This document shows positions 11,080-21,397 of a DNA stretch of 64,000 nucleotides, in pieces. The DNA comes from Synechococcus sp. (GTDB lineage: Bacteria > Cyanobacteriota > Cyanobacteriia > PCC-6307 > Cyanobiaceae), in the NCBI GenBank assembly GCA_047285535.1, contig JBJBDC010000001.1, positions 2,400,136 to 2,464,135 on the forward strand, written 5' to 3'. The notes below the pieces were generated by a model that saw nothing but the letters and a program-made list of their open reading frames with translations, did no database searches and was not told the DNA's origin. Numbering within the stretch: position 1 is the stretch's first letter; the number at the start of each line of letters is the position of its first letter. The position numbers were made by a program, and so were the translations under genes.

Positions 11080-11802
11080 GGCCTGCTCACTCATACAGAC
11101 TCTTCAAAAGTTATGACGACAATCAACGATATTTTTTAGCCATTTTGGCAGGATTATTCTAAGAGCGTCTTTGCTGAAATCCAATTAATTAAAGGAATTC
11201 ATTCGTTTTATTGAAAGTTGCCTAGAATTGCTTGAGAGAGAAAGTAATTCTCTTTTTGGGTTTGCGAGCCTTTAATGGCCATGTTCGCGGTTTAAATTGT
11301 AATTTTTTGCCAATGCATGAATTGTGAATTAAATGATCATCTATTTTCTCTCTTCTGGCGAGCACCAGCACTCTTGATATGAAGAGAAGTTTATTCATGC
11401 CTTACGCCTAGTATGCCTGACTTTCGATCTATGCATTGTTAGATGTTGTTTGTGAACATTAAACACGTAGAGATTCTGGGTGGCTTTGTTGATGGAAATT
11501 GCTAATACATTTTCACGTTTGGACACATCTCGTTAGTAATTTGTTTTAATTTTTTATCTCTTGTCGCGGCTGTTGTTGCGTTGCGATGCTGCATTCAATA
11601 AAGATGAATTGGAATCAGGCTTAGTTTTGACAGATGTAGACATCATGTCGTAAAATTTTTTTAACCTAATCTCAAGGATTGTTTGCTTTGATTAAATGCC
11701 AATCTCTTGTTGTGGTCGTTTCTGGCTTTGGGTCTACGATCTCTTCTCGCCTGTCACGAGATTGATGCAACTTCGCTGATCAATTACGATTTAAATTTGA
11801 AC

Positions 11803-12639
11803 ATGAATTACTTGCCTAATGAGTTTAAGTCAAAAGCGTTGAGATTACTGCTGAATGCCGGCATAGTTGTGACTAGAAAGGATACATTTGATCGGCTTGT
11901 GAAGAGTGAAAGATCGCTCCAGCACTATAAGAATTTTATCGCTTTTTCTCAGGCGATTAATATTAGTCACGTTAAACGCGCGCTTGACCTTTTGCCATTT
12001 TCTCGAGGAGAAATTTTTCAAGATATCTTTGTCATGCTCTGTTTAGAACGAAATGATCCAGGCTTTTTTGTTGAATTTGGTGCAACAGATGGATTGGAAG
12101 GTAGCAATACATGGCTCATGGAGAAAAAGTTTGGATGGAATGGTATTGTTGCGGAACCAGGCCGTGTTTGGAAGGAAAGATTGGCTCGTAATCGGAGTTG
12201 CATAATCGAGTCAGATTGTGTTTGGTCAGAAACAGGAAAACAGCTTGAATTCAGACAGGCTAATGATGCTGGGTTTTCTACTCTCTCTACATACGCGGAT
12301 AAAGATAGACACGCCCTCCATCGTTCAAATTGTCAAACATATTTTGTGGAGACTGTTTCGTTGCACGACATGCTTTTGCGATCAAATTCTCCTAAAAAAA
12401 TTGATTATATAAGTATCGATACTGAAGGCAGTGAATTTGATATTCTTTCCAGTTTTCCATTTGAACAGTGGGATATTTCTATTTTAACAGTGGAGCACAA
12501 TTTTCGAGCTGATAGAGAGAATATGCAGAAACTAATGCAATCTCATGGTTTTGTGCGTGTTCTCCCTGACCTTTCCAAATTTGATGATTGGTACGTTTCC
12601 CCAGAGTTAGTATCAAAAGTCAATTCTGTATTCTCTTAA
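11803..12639 (+). CDS. FkbM family methyltransferase
   Basis: QD...FFVEFGATDG..GSNT, GWNGIVAEP, IDYISIDTEGSE; start refined to ATG 11803. Confidence 0.88.
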   Translation: MNYLPNEFKSKALRLLLNAGIVVTRKDTFDRLVKSERSLQHYKNFIAFSQAINISHVKRALDLLPFSRGEIFQDIFVMLCLERNDPGFFVEFGATDGLEGSNTWLMEKKFGWNGIVAEPGRVWKERLARNRSCIIESDCVWSETGKQLEFRQANDAGFSTLSTYADKDRHALHRSNCQTYFVETVSLHDMLLRSNSPKKIDYISIDTEGSEFDILSSFPFEQWDISILTVEHNFRADRENMQKLMQSHGFVRVLPDLSKFDDWYVSPELVSKVNSVFS

Positions 12640-12656
12640 AGTATTAGGTGTTTTTC

Positions 12657-13598
12657 ATGAGCAACAACTTTTGGGCAAGTAACAAGAATGAAATTGTTTA
12701 TGTTTACCGGAGAAAGAGGGCAATTAAGGATTTGTTTGATGATATTATTGACCTGTGGATTTCTAGGCGACTAGCAAGGAATTCGCGCAAATTTGATCTG
12801 GCAAGAAATGCAAAGATTGCTGTATTTGCAAACGACTATATAGGAATACAGATGATACAGCATGGCTTTTTTGAAAAAAATGCCTTGGATATGGTTTTTA
12901 GCTTCTTAGCTCCAATTCTGCAAGATATTAAAAGTGCAACTGCTCTTGATATTGGTGCAAATATTGGAAACCACTCACTTTATTTTTCACGATATTTTTC
13001 TACTGTTCAGGCATTTGAACCCCACCCTAGGGTTTATGACTTGCTTGCGTTTAATGCGCAGGTGGTTCCTAATATTGACGTTTTCAACTTTGGGCTTGGC
13101 GATAGTCCAAGTCTTGTAGAGCTTAATGAGAATTGGGCAAATATGGGCTCTGCTTCGATTAAGTACATCTGGACTGAATCATCGAATAAAGTTACTGCGA
13201 AAGTTGCTCTTGTAGATGATGTCTGCGCAGAAATTGATGAGATCGCTTTGATGAAAATTGATGTTGAAGGGTTTGAGCCTCATGTATTACGTGGTGCTCG
13301 GAAAACTATCAGAAAACATCAACCATTAATATTAATAGAGCAACTACAGTCAGAGTTTGTCAATGGCTCTACGGAGTCCATAGAGGCTCTATCACAAGAG
13401 GGTTATATTTTTTGCTGGCACGAGTCATGGGCTTCTTCCCATAACTGGATACAACGTCGAATCAATACGTTCCGTAACTTGTTACTAGGAGCTACATACG
13501 ATTATAATTTTATCTGTGGAGATTGCCCTCCAGCAGCAACACATGAGATGCTTATTGCGGTGCCTCGTCGATTCCAGAATCAGCTTCTTTCTCGATGA
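12657..13598 (+). CDS. FkbM family methyltransferase
   Basis: LDIGANIGNHS, AFEP, LMKIDVEGFE. Confidence 0.9.
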   Translation: MSNNFWASNKNEIVYVYRRKRAIKDLFDDIIDLWISRRLARNSRKFDLARNAKIAVFANDYIGIQMIQHGFFEKNALDMVFSFLAPILQDIKSATALDIGANIGNHSLYFSRYFSTVQAFEPHPRVYDLLAFNAQVVPNIDVFNFGLGDSPSLVELNENWANMGSASIKYIWTESSNKVTAKVALVDDVCAEIDEIALMKIDVEGFEPHVLRGARKTIRKHQPLILIEQLQSEFVNGSTESIEALSQEGYIFCWHESWASSHNWIQRRINTFRNLLLGATYDYNFICGDCPPAATHEMLIAVPRRFQNQLLSR

Positions 13599-14413
13599 AA
13601 AAAATTATTTCGCTTACTTCTATTCCTTCCCGGTTTCTTGACATAGACTTTAAAAATACTCTTATATCTTTGGTTCAGCAGGGATCAGATGAAGTTAGGC
13701 TTTATATCCCTTATGCATATCGCCGTTTCCCAGATTGGGATGGCACATTGCCCGAAGTCCCATTTGGAGTGACAATATGTCGTTGTGATGAAGATCTAGG
13801 ACCTGCAACTAAAATACTGCCTGCTTGCCGAGATCTAAGAGCAGAGCAAGCCCAAATTCTTTTTTGTGATGATGATTGTTTATGTGAGAGAGGATGGGCG
13901 AAGCGATTATTTAAAGTTCAGGGCAAACGTGCCAACCAAGCAGTAGCTACTTATGTCCGTTCGGCCGAGGGTTATGTTTCTAACAGGGTTTATTCCAAAC
14001 AAAGACCACTTGCTTGGCAACTTCCCATCTTATTTGATATCCCATATCGTGTATCTCGTTTATTTAATAAGATGTTTGGGACCAAAGTACTCAAGAGAAG
14101 GCCTTTTGTTCTTCCAGGGTATGGTGACATCTTTTTTGGAGCAGGTGGTGTTGTTGTTAGACCCCATTTTTTTGATGACGTAGCTTTTGATATTCCACCA
14201 GAGGCATGGCTAGTAGATGATGTTTGGCTTTCAGCGAACCTAGCTAGAGTCGGCATTAGTATATTTTGTCCATGGATGGGCGCTTTACCTAAACCAACTA
14301 GAATGTGTGACAAGAATGCTCTATTAGATGTTAGGTTTCTAGGGCATGATCGGCAAGGTCTTAATTCACTTGCTGCGAAAACTTGCCAAATTAAATTTGG
14401 AATATGGAGTTGA
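13595..14413 (+). CDS. GT-A fold glycosyltransferase-like protein
   Basis: ISLTSIPSRF, DLGPATK, FCDDD, GAGGVVVRP, DDVWLS. Confidence 0.75.
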   Translation: MKKIISLTSIPSRFLDIDFKNTLISLVQQGSDEVRLYIPYAYRRFPDWDGTLPEVPFGVTICRCDEDLGPATKILPACRDLRAEQAQILFCDDDCLCERGWAKRLFKVQGKRANQAVATYVRSAEGYVSNRVYSKQRPLAWQLPILFDIPYRVSRLFNKMFGTKVLKRRPFVLPGYGDIFFGAGGVVVRPHFFDDVAFDIPPEAWLVDDVWLSANLARVGISIFCPWMGALPKPTRMCDKNALLDVRFLGHDRQGLNSLAAKTCQIKFGIWS

Positions 14414-14905
14414 CTTACCCTTCGCTAAATGTTTGTCAATCTGCATTGGGCTGGCTTGGATAGTGATATGCGTCATGTGTTCGGTCGTCAATAATTGTTA
14501 GTATTTAGCCTTAATGCGTTATTGTGTTTTGTTTCTCTCAAGACTAATTATTGTAGGTAAAAGTAGTGAATTTCTATTGAGCAAATTCATTTATTTGTGT
14601 CCTGTTAATTTCCCCCTAAGTGCTTATTCAGGGCGTTGCTAGATTCTGTTCTAGTTTTAAAATCTTGAAATCGTGTCGTTTGTTGAGTATGGGTGCTGTT
14701 CTTGTCTTTTATTTGATTAGCATGGAACCATGACTTTGTTTTGGCTGATCCAATCTAAAATGTTTGTGTTTCGCGATTAAGTTTCTTTTTGTTCTTGCTG
14801 GACTCATTTTTAGAGAGGCTGTTTGGTCTAATTACCTTTGAATATCAGGTGTTTGCCTCTTTCTCCTCTTTAAGTACAATTGTATGAGATTTACTCTGTA
14901 GGGCC

Positions 14906-16138
14906 ATGAAGAATCGTACCGTAGTCATTTTTCTCTATAACCGATTATTTGACCCTTTGATTCAAGGGAATTTTTGGCTTTATATTCGTAACCTTCTTGA
15001 TAATCCATTGCAGGGAATCAGTTTCCACCTTGTTACTTATGAGGATTCTCGCTTTCCTCTTACTTCGGAGCAAAAGTATGAGGTGGAACTTTGGAAACAA
15101 CAAGGGCTTACCTGGTCTGCGCTGACATGGCATCCTGGGACCGGGCTTACTCAAAAGCTTAAGGACGTTTTAGCTGGATGGCGTGTTCTGATTCGACTTA
15201 GATTGTTAGGTGCGAAGGGAATTGTCACATTAGGATCTATTGCGGGTTCGTATGGATATCTATATGCACGCAGTCTTGGAATGCGACTGTTCCTTTACCA
15301 GTTTGAGCCACATAGCGAATATGCTGTTGACAATGGAATGTGGCCAGAAGGTAGTGCGCAGCAACGTATCGCATCGGCTTTAGAACGTAAGGCCGCACGT
15401 TTTGCCACTGTGATTGCCTCTGGTACTCGCTATATGCAAGAGCGCTTGAACAAAGAATGGCATGCTAAAGGCGAATTTGTGAAATTGCCAACAGTTGCTA
15501 ACGATCTAAAATTCACCTTTGATCAAACTCTTCGCGTGGAGACGCGTCATCGACTTGGGTTTAGCGATGATACGTCAGTGCTGTTTTATCCCGGTAAATT
15601 TGGTGGTCTTTATTACAAAGAAGAGGTAGCATGGATGTTTCGGTGGTTGCTTGATATGGATTCAAGTCTGCACTTCTTAATTGTCACTCCGCACAGCGAT
15701 GATGAAGTTCACGCCCTTTTTCTTGAAGCGGGAGTTAAAAGGAATTCATACACCGTTTGTCATAGCGATTATCCTGATATTCATAAGTATTATTTTGCTG
15801 CAGATTTTGCTGTGATCTCAGTTCCGCCAGGACCGTCGAAAAAGTTTATCTCTAATATTAAGGTTGGTGAGTATCTATGTGCAGGCTTGCCTTTCCTAAT
15901 CACTCGAGGTGTTTCAGAAGATCATCTTGTTGCAGAAGAAAAGAATGTTGGTGTAGTTGTCGATGATTTTGTGGAGCCCGATATCAAAGCGGCTTGGCCT
16001 AAGATTAAATTATATCTAGATCAATCTCCGGACGAACGGCGTTCTCACTGTCGAGCGGAAGGCCTGAGTTATCGCGGATTCGACACACTCAATCCTCGCT
16101 TTCGATCTGCTATTGAAACTCTTGTCCAGGCCTTTTGA
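14906..16138 (+). CDS. GT-B (GT4-like) glycosyltransferase
   Basis: YPGKFGGLY, AADFAV, IKVGEYLCAGLP. Confidence 0.78.
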   Translation: MKNRTVVIFLYNRLFDPLIQGNFWLYIRNLLDNPLQGISFHLVTYEDSRFPLTSEQKYEVELWKQQGLTWSALTWHPGTGLTQKLKDVLAGWRVLIRLRLLGAKGIVTLGSIAGSYGYLYARSLGMRLFLYQFEPHSEYAVDNGMWPEGSAQQRIASALERKAARFATVIASGTRYMQERLNKEWHAKGEFVKLPTVANDLKFTFDQTLRVETRHRLGFSDDTSVLFYPGKFGGLYYKEEVAWMFRWLLDMDSSLHFLIVTPHSDDEVHALFLEAGVKRNSYTVCHSDYPDIHKYYFAADFAVISVPPGPSKKFISNIKVGEYLCAGLPFLITRGVSEDHLVAEEKNVGVVVDDFVEPDIKAAWPKIKLYLDQSPDERRSHCRAEGLSYRGFDTLNPRFRSAIETLVQAF

Positions 16139-17139
16139 CCTCTATGTGTATTTTTGAAGATAAGCATGTCTTGATTACGGGAGGTACTGGCTCCTTTGGC
16201 CGGGCCTTTGTTGGCTACTTGTTATCCCTAAAGAAGACTCCGAGCCTCATTACGATTTTTTCTCGAGACGAGCAGAAGCAACATGAGATGGCCCAAGATC
16301 TACCTCCTGGGAAATTCCCTGTTCGTTATTTGTTAGGTGACGTCCGGAACCTTGAACGGCTTATTGAGGTCAGTCAGGGAGTTGATGTACTTGTGCATTC
16401 AGCTGCAATGAAGCACGTACCGGCTGCACAGGCTAATCCGATTGAGTGTGTTCGGACCAATATCCTCGGATCTCATAATGTTGTTTTGGCGTCCCAGCTC
16501 AATAAAGTTTCAAGAGTAGTTGCTCTCTCCACCGATAAGGCTGCTTCACCTGCCAACGTCTACGGAGCTTCTAAGTTGCTACTTGAGCGAATTTTTCTCC
16601 ACGCGGATGAGCAAGGTGATTGTCGATTTTCTGTAGTGCGGTACGCAAATGTGTTTGGAAGTAAGGGATCTGTAGTTCCACTCTTTTTGCGGCGGAGGAA
16701 TACCGGAGTCCTGCCTATCACTAATCCAGAAATGACTCGTTTCAGTATCACGATGTCTGATGCTATTGATTTGGTTTGCTTTGCCATCCGAGATGGCTGG
16801 GGTGGTGAGGTTATTCTTCCGGTTGCGCCTTCCTATCGGTTAGTGGATGTTGCTACTGCTATTTCAGCTGATTTAGAGCAAAAAATTATTGGTGAGCGGC
16901 CTGGAGAGAAAATTCACGAACTGCTTTTTAGCAGTTTTGAGGCTCCACGGACACTTCAGCGCGAGCGTTACTTTATAATAACTCCTGAGTCTGGTCGTTA
17001 CAGTATCAGCGATTATGCCAATTCTACAGGTGCATCACGAATTGATTTAGAGAAAGAGTACACGTCTGCCAATAACGTTCGCTGGCTCTCTGTGAGTGAC
17101 CTTCAAGGTCTTTTGAAGAGTGAATCTATTCAATTCTGA
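16135..17139 (+). CDS. UDP-GlcNAc 4,6-dehydratase (PseB/FlaA1-like)
   Basis: ITGGTGSFG, FSRDEQKQ, AAMKHVP, LSTDKA, YGASK, VRYANVFGSKGSVVP, MTRF, RPGEKIHE. Confidence 0.88.
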   Translation: MTSMCIFEDKHVLITGGTGSFGRAFVGYLLSLKKTPSLITIFSRDEQKQHEMAQDLPPGKFPVRYLLGDVRNLERLIEVSQGVDVLVHSAAMKHVPAAQANPIECVRTNILGSHNVVLASQLNKVSRVVALSTDKAASPANVYGASKLLLERIFLHADEQGDCRFSVVRYANVFGSKGSVVPLFLRRRNTGVLPITNPEMTRFSITMSDAIDLVCFAIRDGWGGEVILPVAPSYRLVDVATAISADLEQKIIGERPGEKIHELLFSSFEAPRTLQRERYFIITPESGRYSISDYANSTGASRIDLEKEYTSANNVRWLSVSDLQGLLKSESIQF

Positions 17140-17141
17140 TT

Positions 17142-17789
17142 ATGGTCGTTTCGAATCAGCCAGGGCATACAGATTGGTTGCAGTGGATTCAGCAGATTCA
17201 AGCTATTGCCCAAACTGGCCTTGCTTTTAGTCCTGACCCCTACGATCGCCAACGCTATGAGCAGCTGCGTCAGCTGGCTGCCTTGATTGCTAGCCGCCAT
17301 ACCGATGCACCTTTTGATCGGATTGATGGATTATTCGGCAATTTAAAGGGGTATGCCACGCCTCGAATAGAGGTTCGAGGGGCTGTGTTTGATCAGAACC
17401 ACAAGCTATTGATGGTAAGAGAAGCGGCTGATGGTGATCGTTGGACTCTTCCTGGTGGCTGGGTCGATGTGGGTAATACTCCAGCCCAAGCCATCTGCCG
17501 TGAGATTCTTGAGGAGAGTGGGTACGAAACTCGAATTACAAAATTGGCGGCCGTCTGGGACCGTCGTCGTCATCCATATCCTCAAGGTCCTTTCTCGTGC
17601 GTTGTGATGTTTTTTCTTGCTGAATTGATTGGTGGTACAGCCACCCTTAGCATTGAGACCAGCGGCTTGGAATGGTTTTCGGCCGATAGGTTGCCGGTCG
17701 ATCTTTCACTCGGCCGAGTCTTACCAGATCAATTACGGTGCATGGTCTTACACCATCACCACCCTGAGTTGATTACTGAATTTGACTGA
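17142..17789 (+). CDS. Nudix hydrolase with N-terminal Nudix_N domain (YjhB-like)
   Basis: IQAIAQTGL..S.DPYD.QRY N-domain, GYATP, Nudix box PGGWVDVGNTPAQAICREILEESG. Confidence 0.9.
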   Translation: MVVSNQPGHTDWLQWIQQIQAIAQTGLAFSPDPYDRQRYEQLRQLAALIASRHTDAPFDRIDGLFGNLKGYATPRIEVRGAVFDQNHKLLMVREAADGDRWTLPGGWVDVGNTPAQAICREILEESGYETRITKLAAVWDRRRHPYPQGPFSCVVMFFLAELIGGTATLSIETSGLEWFSADRLPVDLSLGRVLPDQLRCMVLHHHHPELITEFD

Positions 17790-17809
17790 ATTATCTTGAC
17801 AGCATCTCA

Positions 17810-18931
17810 ATGGCTATTTTATTGATCAGCCCAGAGCCTTGGGAGGCCCACACTGTTAGTAAACATCATTACGCGCGAACTTTAGCAAGCGAAGGGCATA
17901 GAGTTCTTTACTTGGATCCGCCCGTGCAAGAACTGAAGGAAATTACGATCTATCCAGTCCTTGATTGTCCAGGTGTTGAAATAGTACAGGCACCTCGTGT
18001 GGCACCCGGCCTTCGAAAGATGCCTGGAGCTCTACGTCGTTTGCTTGAGCGTACCTGGTTGGAAGATTTGGAGCAACGGACCGATTCTCTTATTGAAGTG
18101 ATCTGGCTATTTGAAAATTCCCGCTTTTTCGATCTGCGCTTTGCAGGACCGCGTCTTAAGATCTATCATCAAATGGATCTCAATCAGGGTTTTTATCCAA
18201 ATATTGCTGCTCAAACTGCCGATATTTGTTTTTGCGTTGCCGAACATATTCGCCAAAAAATATTGCCTCACAATGCAAATACCTACTTTATTCAACATGG
18301 CTCTGCAGTTGCAACTACGACTGCACTTGCTGATCATTATCAGGCGAGATTACTAGGCAAAATGCCGAGAGCAGCGTACGTCGGTAATTTAGCCATTCCT
18401 TATCTTGACTGGGATATTTTGATTTCAGTTATGCAGAGCCATCTTGATGTGGAATTTCATTTGATAGGAGGTTTTAATGCGAATAATAAACGTCAACAAG
18501 ATATGGAAAAAATGTTGAATGTGAAGTGTTGGGGGCAAGTTGAAAGTAAGTCGATTCCAGCCATTCTGGAGCAAATGGATGTTTTGTTGCTTTGCTATTC
18601 TCAGCGCTATCAGGAGCAGGTTTCCAATTCTCATAAGCTCATGGAATATCTGGCGAGTGGTCGTACAGTTGTTGCTACTTACACTGAAGAATATGATCAT
18701 CATCGTGACTTAATCGTTATGGGTCAGCCTGGCAGCAATGCTGGTTACTTTGATCTTTTTAGTGAAGTGCTGTCCCGACTCAGCTTTTACAACTCGGCTG
18801 AGCGTATGGCATCAAGACGCGCCTTTGCAGCGGATCACCTTTACCCGCGTCAACTCAAACGTATTCAATCCTTATTGCTGCAGAATGGCTTCAGTCTGCC
18901 TAAGGCTAAGTACTCGGAATCTTCACTTTGA
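17810..18931 (+). CDS. GT-B glycosyltransferase
   Basis: SPEPW...SKHHYA, YVGNL, HKLMEYLASGRTVV. Confidence 0.8.
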   Translation: MAILLISPEPWEAHTVSKHHYARTLASEGHRVLYLDPPVQELKEITIYPVLDCPGVEIVQAPRVAPGLRKMPGALRRLLERTWLEDLEQRTDSLIEVIWLFENSRFFDLRFAGPRLKIYHQMDLNQGFYPNIAAQTADICFCVAEHIRQKILPHNANTYFIQHGSAVATTTALADHYQARLLGKMPRAAYVGNLAIPYLDWDILISVMQSHLDVEFHLIGGFNANNKRQQDMEKMLNVKCWGQVESKSIPAILEQMDVLLLCYSQRYQEQVSNSHKLMEYLASGRTVVATYTEEYDHHRDLIVMGQPGSNAGYFDLFSEVLSRLSFYNSAERMASRRAFAADHLYPRQLKRIQSLLLQNGFSLPKAKYSESSL

Positions 18932-20160
18932 CTCTTCGCATCCTTCTTGTTTCGGTTGAATCTCCACCGTCTTTTAATGCCGAAGCATTGCAGGTTGGTA
19001 AGATACTTGAAGCTCTTCGTTCTGAGTCTGGAGTAGTCGTTGATGAAGTCACTGCAGCATCAACATCGGGTGTGTTCTGTGCTGTTTCATCCTTCGCCAC
19101 TCAGCAGCCAAATTTCCATAAGTCTCAGACAGTTACTGTCCCATGTCGTTTTTCCCGCTGGCAGCGGATATTGATCAGGTTGTTGGCTCCCTGGTTACCT
19201 CATCGTCCCGATTGGTCATTTCTTTTTTCCTGGCGTTGGCGACAAGCAGCTTCTCAACTGCAGCACGCACCCGATCTAATTTATTCAAGATCTTTTCCTC
19301 CTTCTTCAACTCTGGCGGCTGCTAAGTTAGCGCGCCATTTCCGAGTTCCCTGGTTCCTACACTTAAGTGATCCTTGGACTGAATCAAGTATAAAGTCATC
19401 AAACTATCGAACTAACTGGCATCTAAGGCAAGAGAGGCACTGTCTGCAATTTGCTGATCGTATCTCTTTCACGTCGCCCACCACCCTGGATCGCTATCAA
19501 CAACTCTATCCATCGCTTCGCGATCGGATGACTCTTGACCCCAATTGTTATGACAATACCTACCTACAAGTCGCCGCTTGGAAACCTCAGAAGCGACTTC
19601 GGCTCGTTCATACCGGCAGCTTCACTTTGGGCCGTTGGCCTGATGCTCTGTTTGAAGCTTTATTCTCCTTGCCTAAAGATCATCCTTTTCTTGTAGATTT
19701 AGAATTAATTCATGTTGGTCCGGTTGATAGCCATACTCGGCGAATTTTTGAGCAGGCTGGCCCCTGGCTTAGTGATTATGGTGCTGTCTCCTCCCCAGTA
19801 GCCTTTCAACTTCAATGCAGCGCAGACCTTCTTTTAGTGGTTGATTACCAACTTGGAACTGCACGTGATGCTCAATATCTTCCTTCGAAACTTTCGGACT
19901 ACTTAGCAATCAGACGTCCAGTACTTGCTATAACTGATGTTGGTAGTGCTAGCTGGCAATTTGTTCTTGAAAACCATCTAGGTACTCCAGCAGCTCATGG
20001 AGATTCTATAGGCTTGCTTCAGATCCTTTTTAAGTATTGGCAGGCGTGGCAGAGGTCAGATCACACTCTTTTTTCTTTGCCCATTCCGAGTAATAGCTTT
20101 TCTTCGCATTGCGTATCTCGCAAAATTGTGGCTGCTGCAAAACAAATAACTGGTTCCTAG
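18928..20160 (+). CDS. GT-B (GT4-like) glycosyltransferase
   Basis: SFPPSS, HLSDPW, VHTGSF, PSKLSDYLAIRRPVL; TTGA overlap. Confidence 0.8.
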   Translation: MTLRILLVSVESPPSFNAEALQVGKILEALRSESGVVVDEVTAASTSGVFCAVSSFATQQPNFHKSQTVTVPCRFSRWQRILIRLLAPWLPHRPDWSFLFSWRWRQAASQLQHAPDLIYSRSFPPSSTLAAAKLARHFRVPWFLHLSDPWTESSIKSSNYRTNWHLRQERHCLQFADRISFTSPTTLDRYQQLYPSLRDRMTLDPNCYDNTYLQVAAWKPQKRLRLVHTGSFTLGRWPDALFEALFSLPKDHPFLVDLELIHVGPVDSHTRRIFEQAGPWLSDYGAVSSPVAFQLQCSADLLLVVDYQLGTARDAQYLPSKLSDYLAIRRPVLAITDVGSASWQFVLENHLGTPAAHGDSIGLLQILFKYWQAWQRSDHTLFSLPIPSNSFSSHCVSRKIVAAAKQITGS

Positions 20161-20458
20161 GAGAGGCTGGTTGAAATTGGAATCCTCTGGCTTTATGGAA
20201 CACTGATTTCTCACAATCAATAACTTATAATTTAATTTGTTTTTCTTGGCATTCTAATGGATTCATTGTTGCCTCAATTGTTTTCCTTATTGAGCATGAG
20301 AACTCGGTTGAGAAAATGTTGGTTTGGCTGCGCTACCCCTTTGCGTTTAAATATGTATCCTCCGTTCTGTTCGCTTCATCTGACTTCACAAGTCACTCTT
20401 GCTGCTAAAATATGAATTAAGAATAATAGCGTTCAAGCCTTTTGCCTTTTTTGATTTT

Positions 20459-21385
20459 ATGTCTAATTATGCATTCCACTCTCGAGAATACTGTTTGATG
20501 TGTGGATCCCCCTCGGCTGGTAATGCCGTATTGGGTTTGCGTATGAATCGAAGGCAGGGATGGAAGCCAAGGGGGAAAAGTGGAGTTACGACAACGATAA
20601 TGCGTTGTAAGGCTTGTGGTTTCATATATCCGGATCCCTTGCCAATTCCCGCATCAATCGAAGACCATTATGGTATTGATCCACAGTCTTATTGGACTGA
20701 TAGTTCTTATTTTTCGGTTAGTGATGATTATTTTGTTGGTGAAATAAATTCAGCTAGAGACCTGCTGCCCAAGTCTGACGATTTGTCGAATCCGCTTACA
20801 GCTCTTGATGTTGGGGCTGGTATAGGAAAATGTATGACTGCTCTAGGACGAGCAGGCTTTGAAGCTTGGGGGCTTGAGCCTTCTTCAACTTTTCGCCAGA
20901 TGGCGATTGATCGAGTTGGTATTGAGCCAGACCGGCTTCAACTTTCAAGTATTGAGGATGCAGAATGGCCGACTGATTTCTTTGATTATATTACTTTTGG
21001 TGCAGTCCTTGAACATCTTTACGACCCTGCTTTTTCCATTAAAAGAGCACTGTCCTGGCTCAAGCCTGGTGGTGTTATACATGCAGAAGTTCCTTCTTCT
21101 GACTATCTTATCCATAATCTCCTGAATAAATATTATAAGCTAATCGGGACAAGCTTTGTGGCTAATTTGAGTCCAATGCACTCTCCTTATCATCTTTATG
21201 AATTTACACCTCGAAGTTTTGAATCCTTGGGATTGCAGCTTGGCTTTGAATTGGCGAAATTTTCATATCACCCAGCTTCAGGTCGTTTTGTACCGCGTCA
21301 TTTGTATCCCATTCTCTTTCGTTGGATGATGGCAACCAATACCGGAATGCAATTAACAGTTTTGCTCCGAAAGCCGCACATTTGA
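20459..21385 (+). CDS. Class I SAM-dependent methyltransferase with N-terminal CxxC...CxxC
   Basis: CLMCG and CKACG, LDVGAGIG, GLEPS, FGAVLEHLYDP, LKPGG. Confidence 0.88.
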   Translation: MSNYAFHSREYCLMCGSPSAGNAVLGLRMNRRQGWKPRGKSGVTTTIMRCKACGFIYPDPLPIPASIEDHYGIDPQSYWTDSSYFSVSDDYFVGEINSARDLLPKSDDLSNPLTALDVGAGIGKCMTALGRAGFEAWGLEPSSTFRQMAIDRVGIEPDRLQLSSIEDAEWPTDFFDYITFGAVLEHLYDPAFSIKRALSWLKPGGVIHAEVPSSDYLIHNLLNKYYKLIGTSFVANLSPMHSPYHLYEFTPRSFESLGLQLGFELAKFSYHPASGRFVPRHLYPILFRWMMATNTGMQLTVLLRKPHI

Positions 21386-21397
21386 GACTTATTAGCT

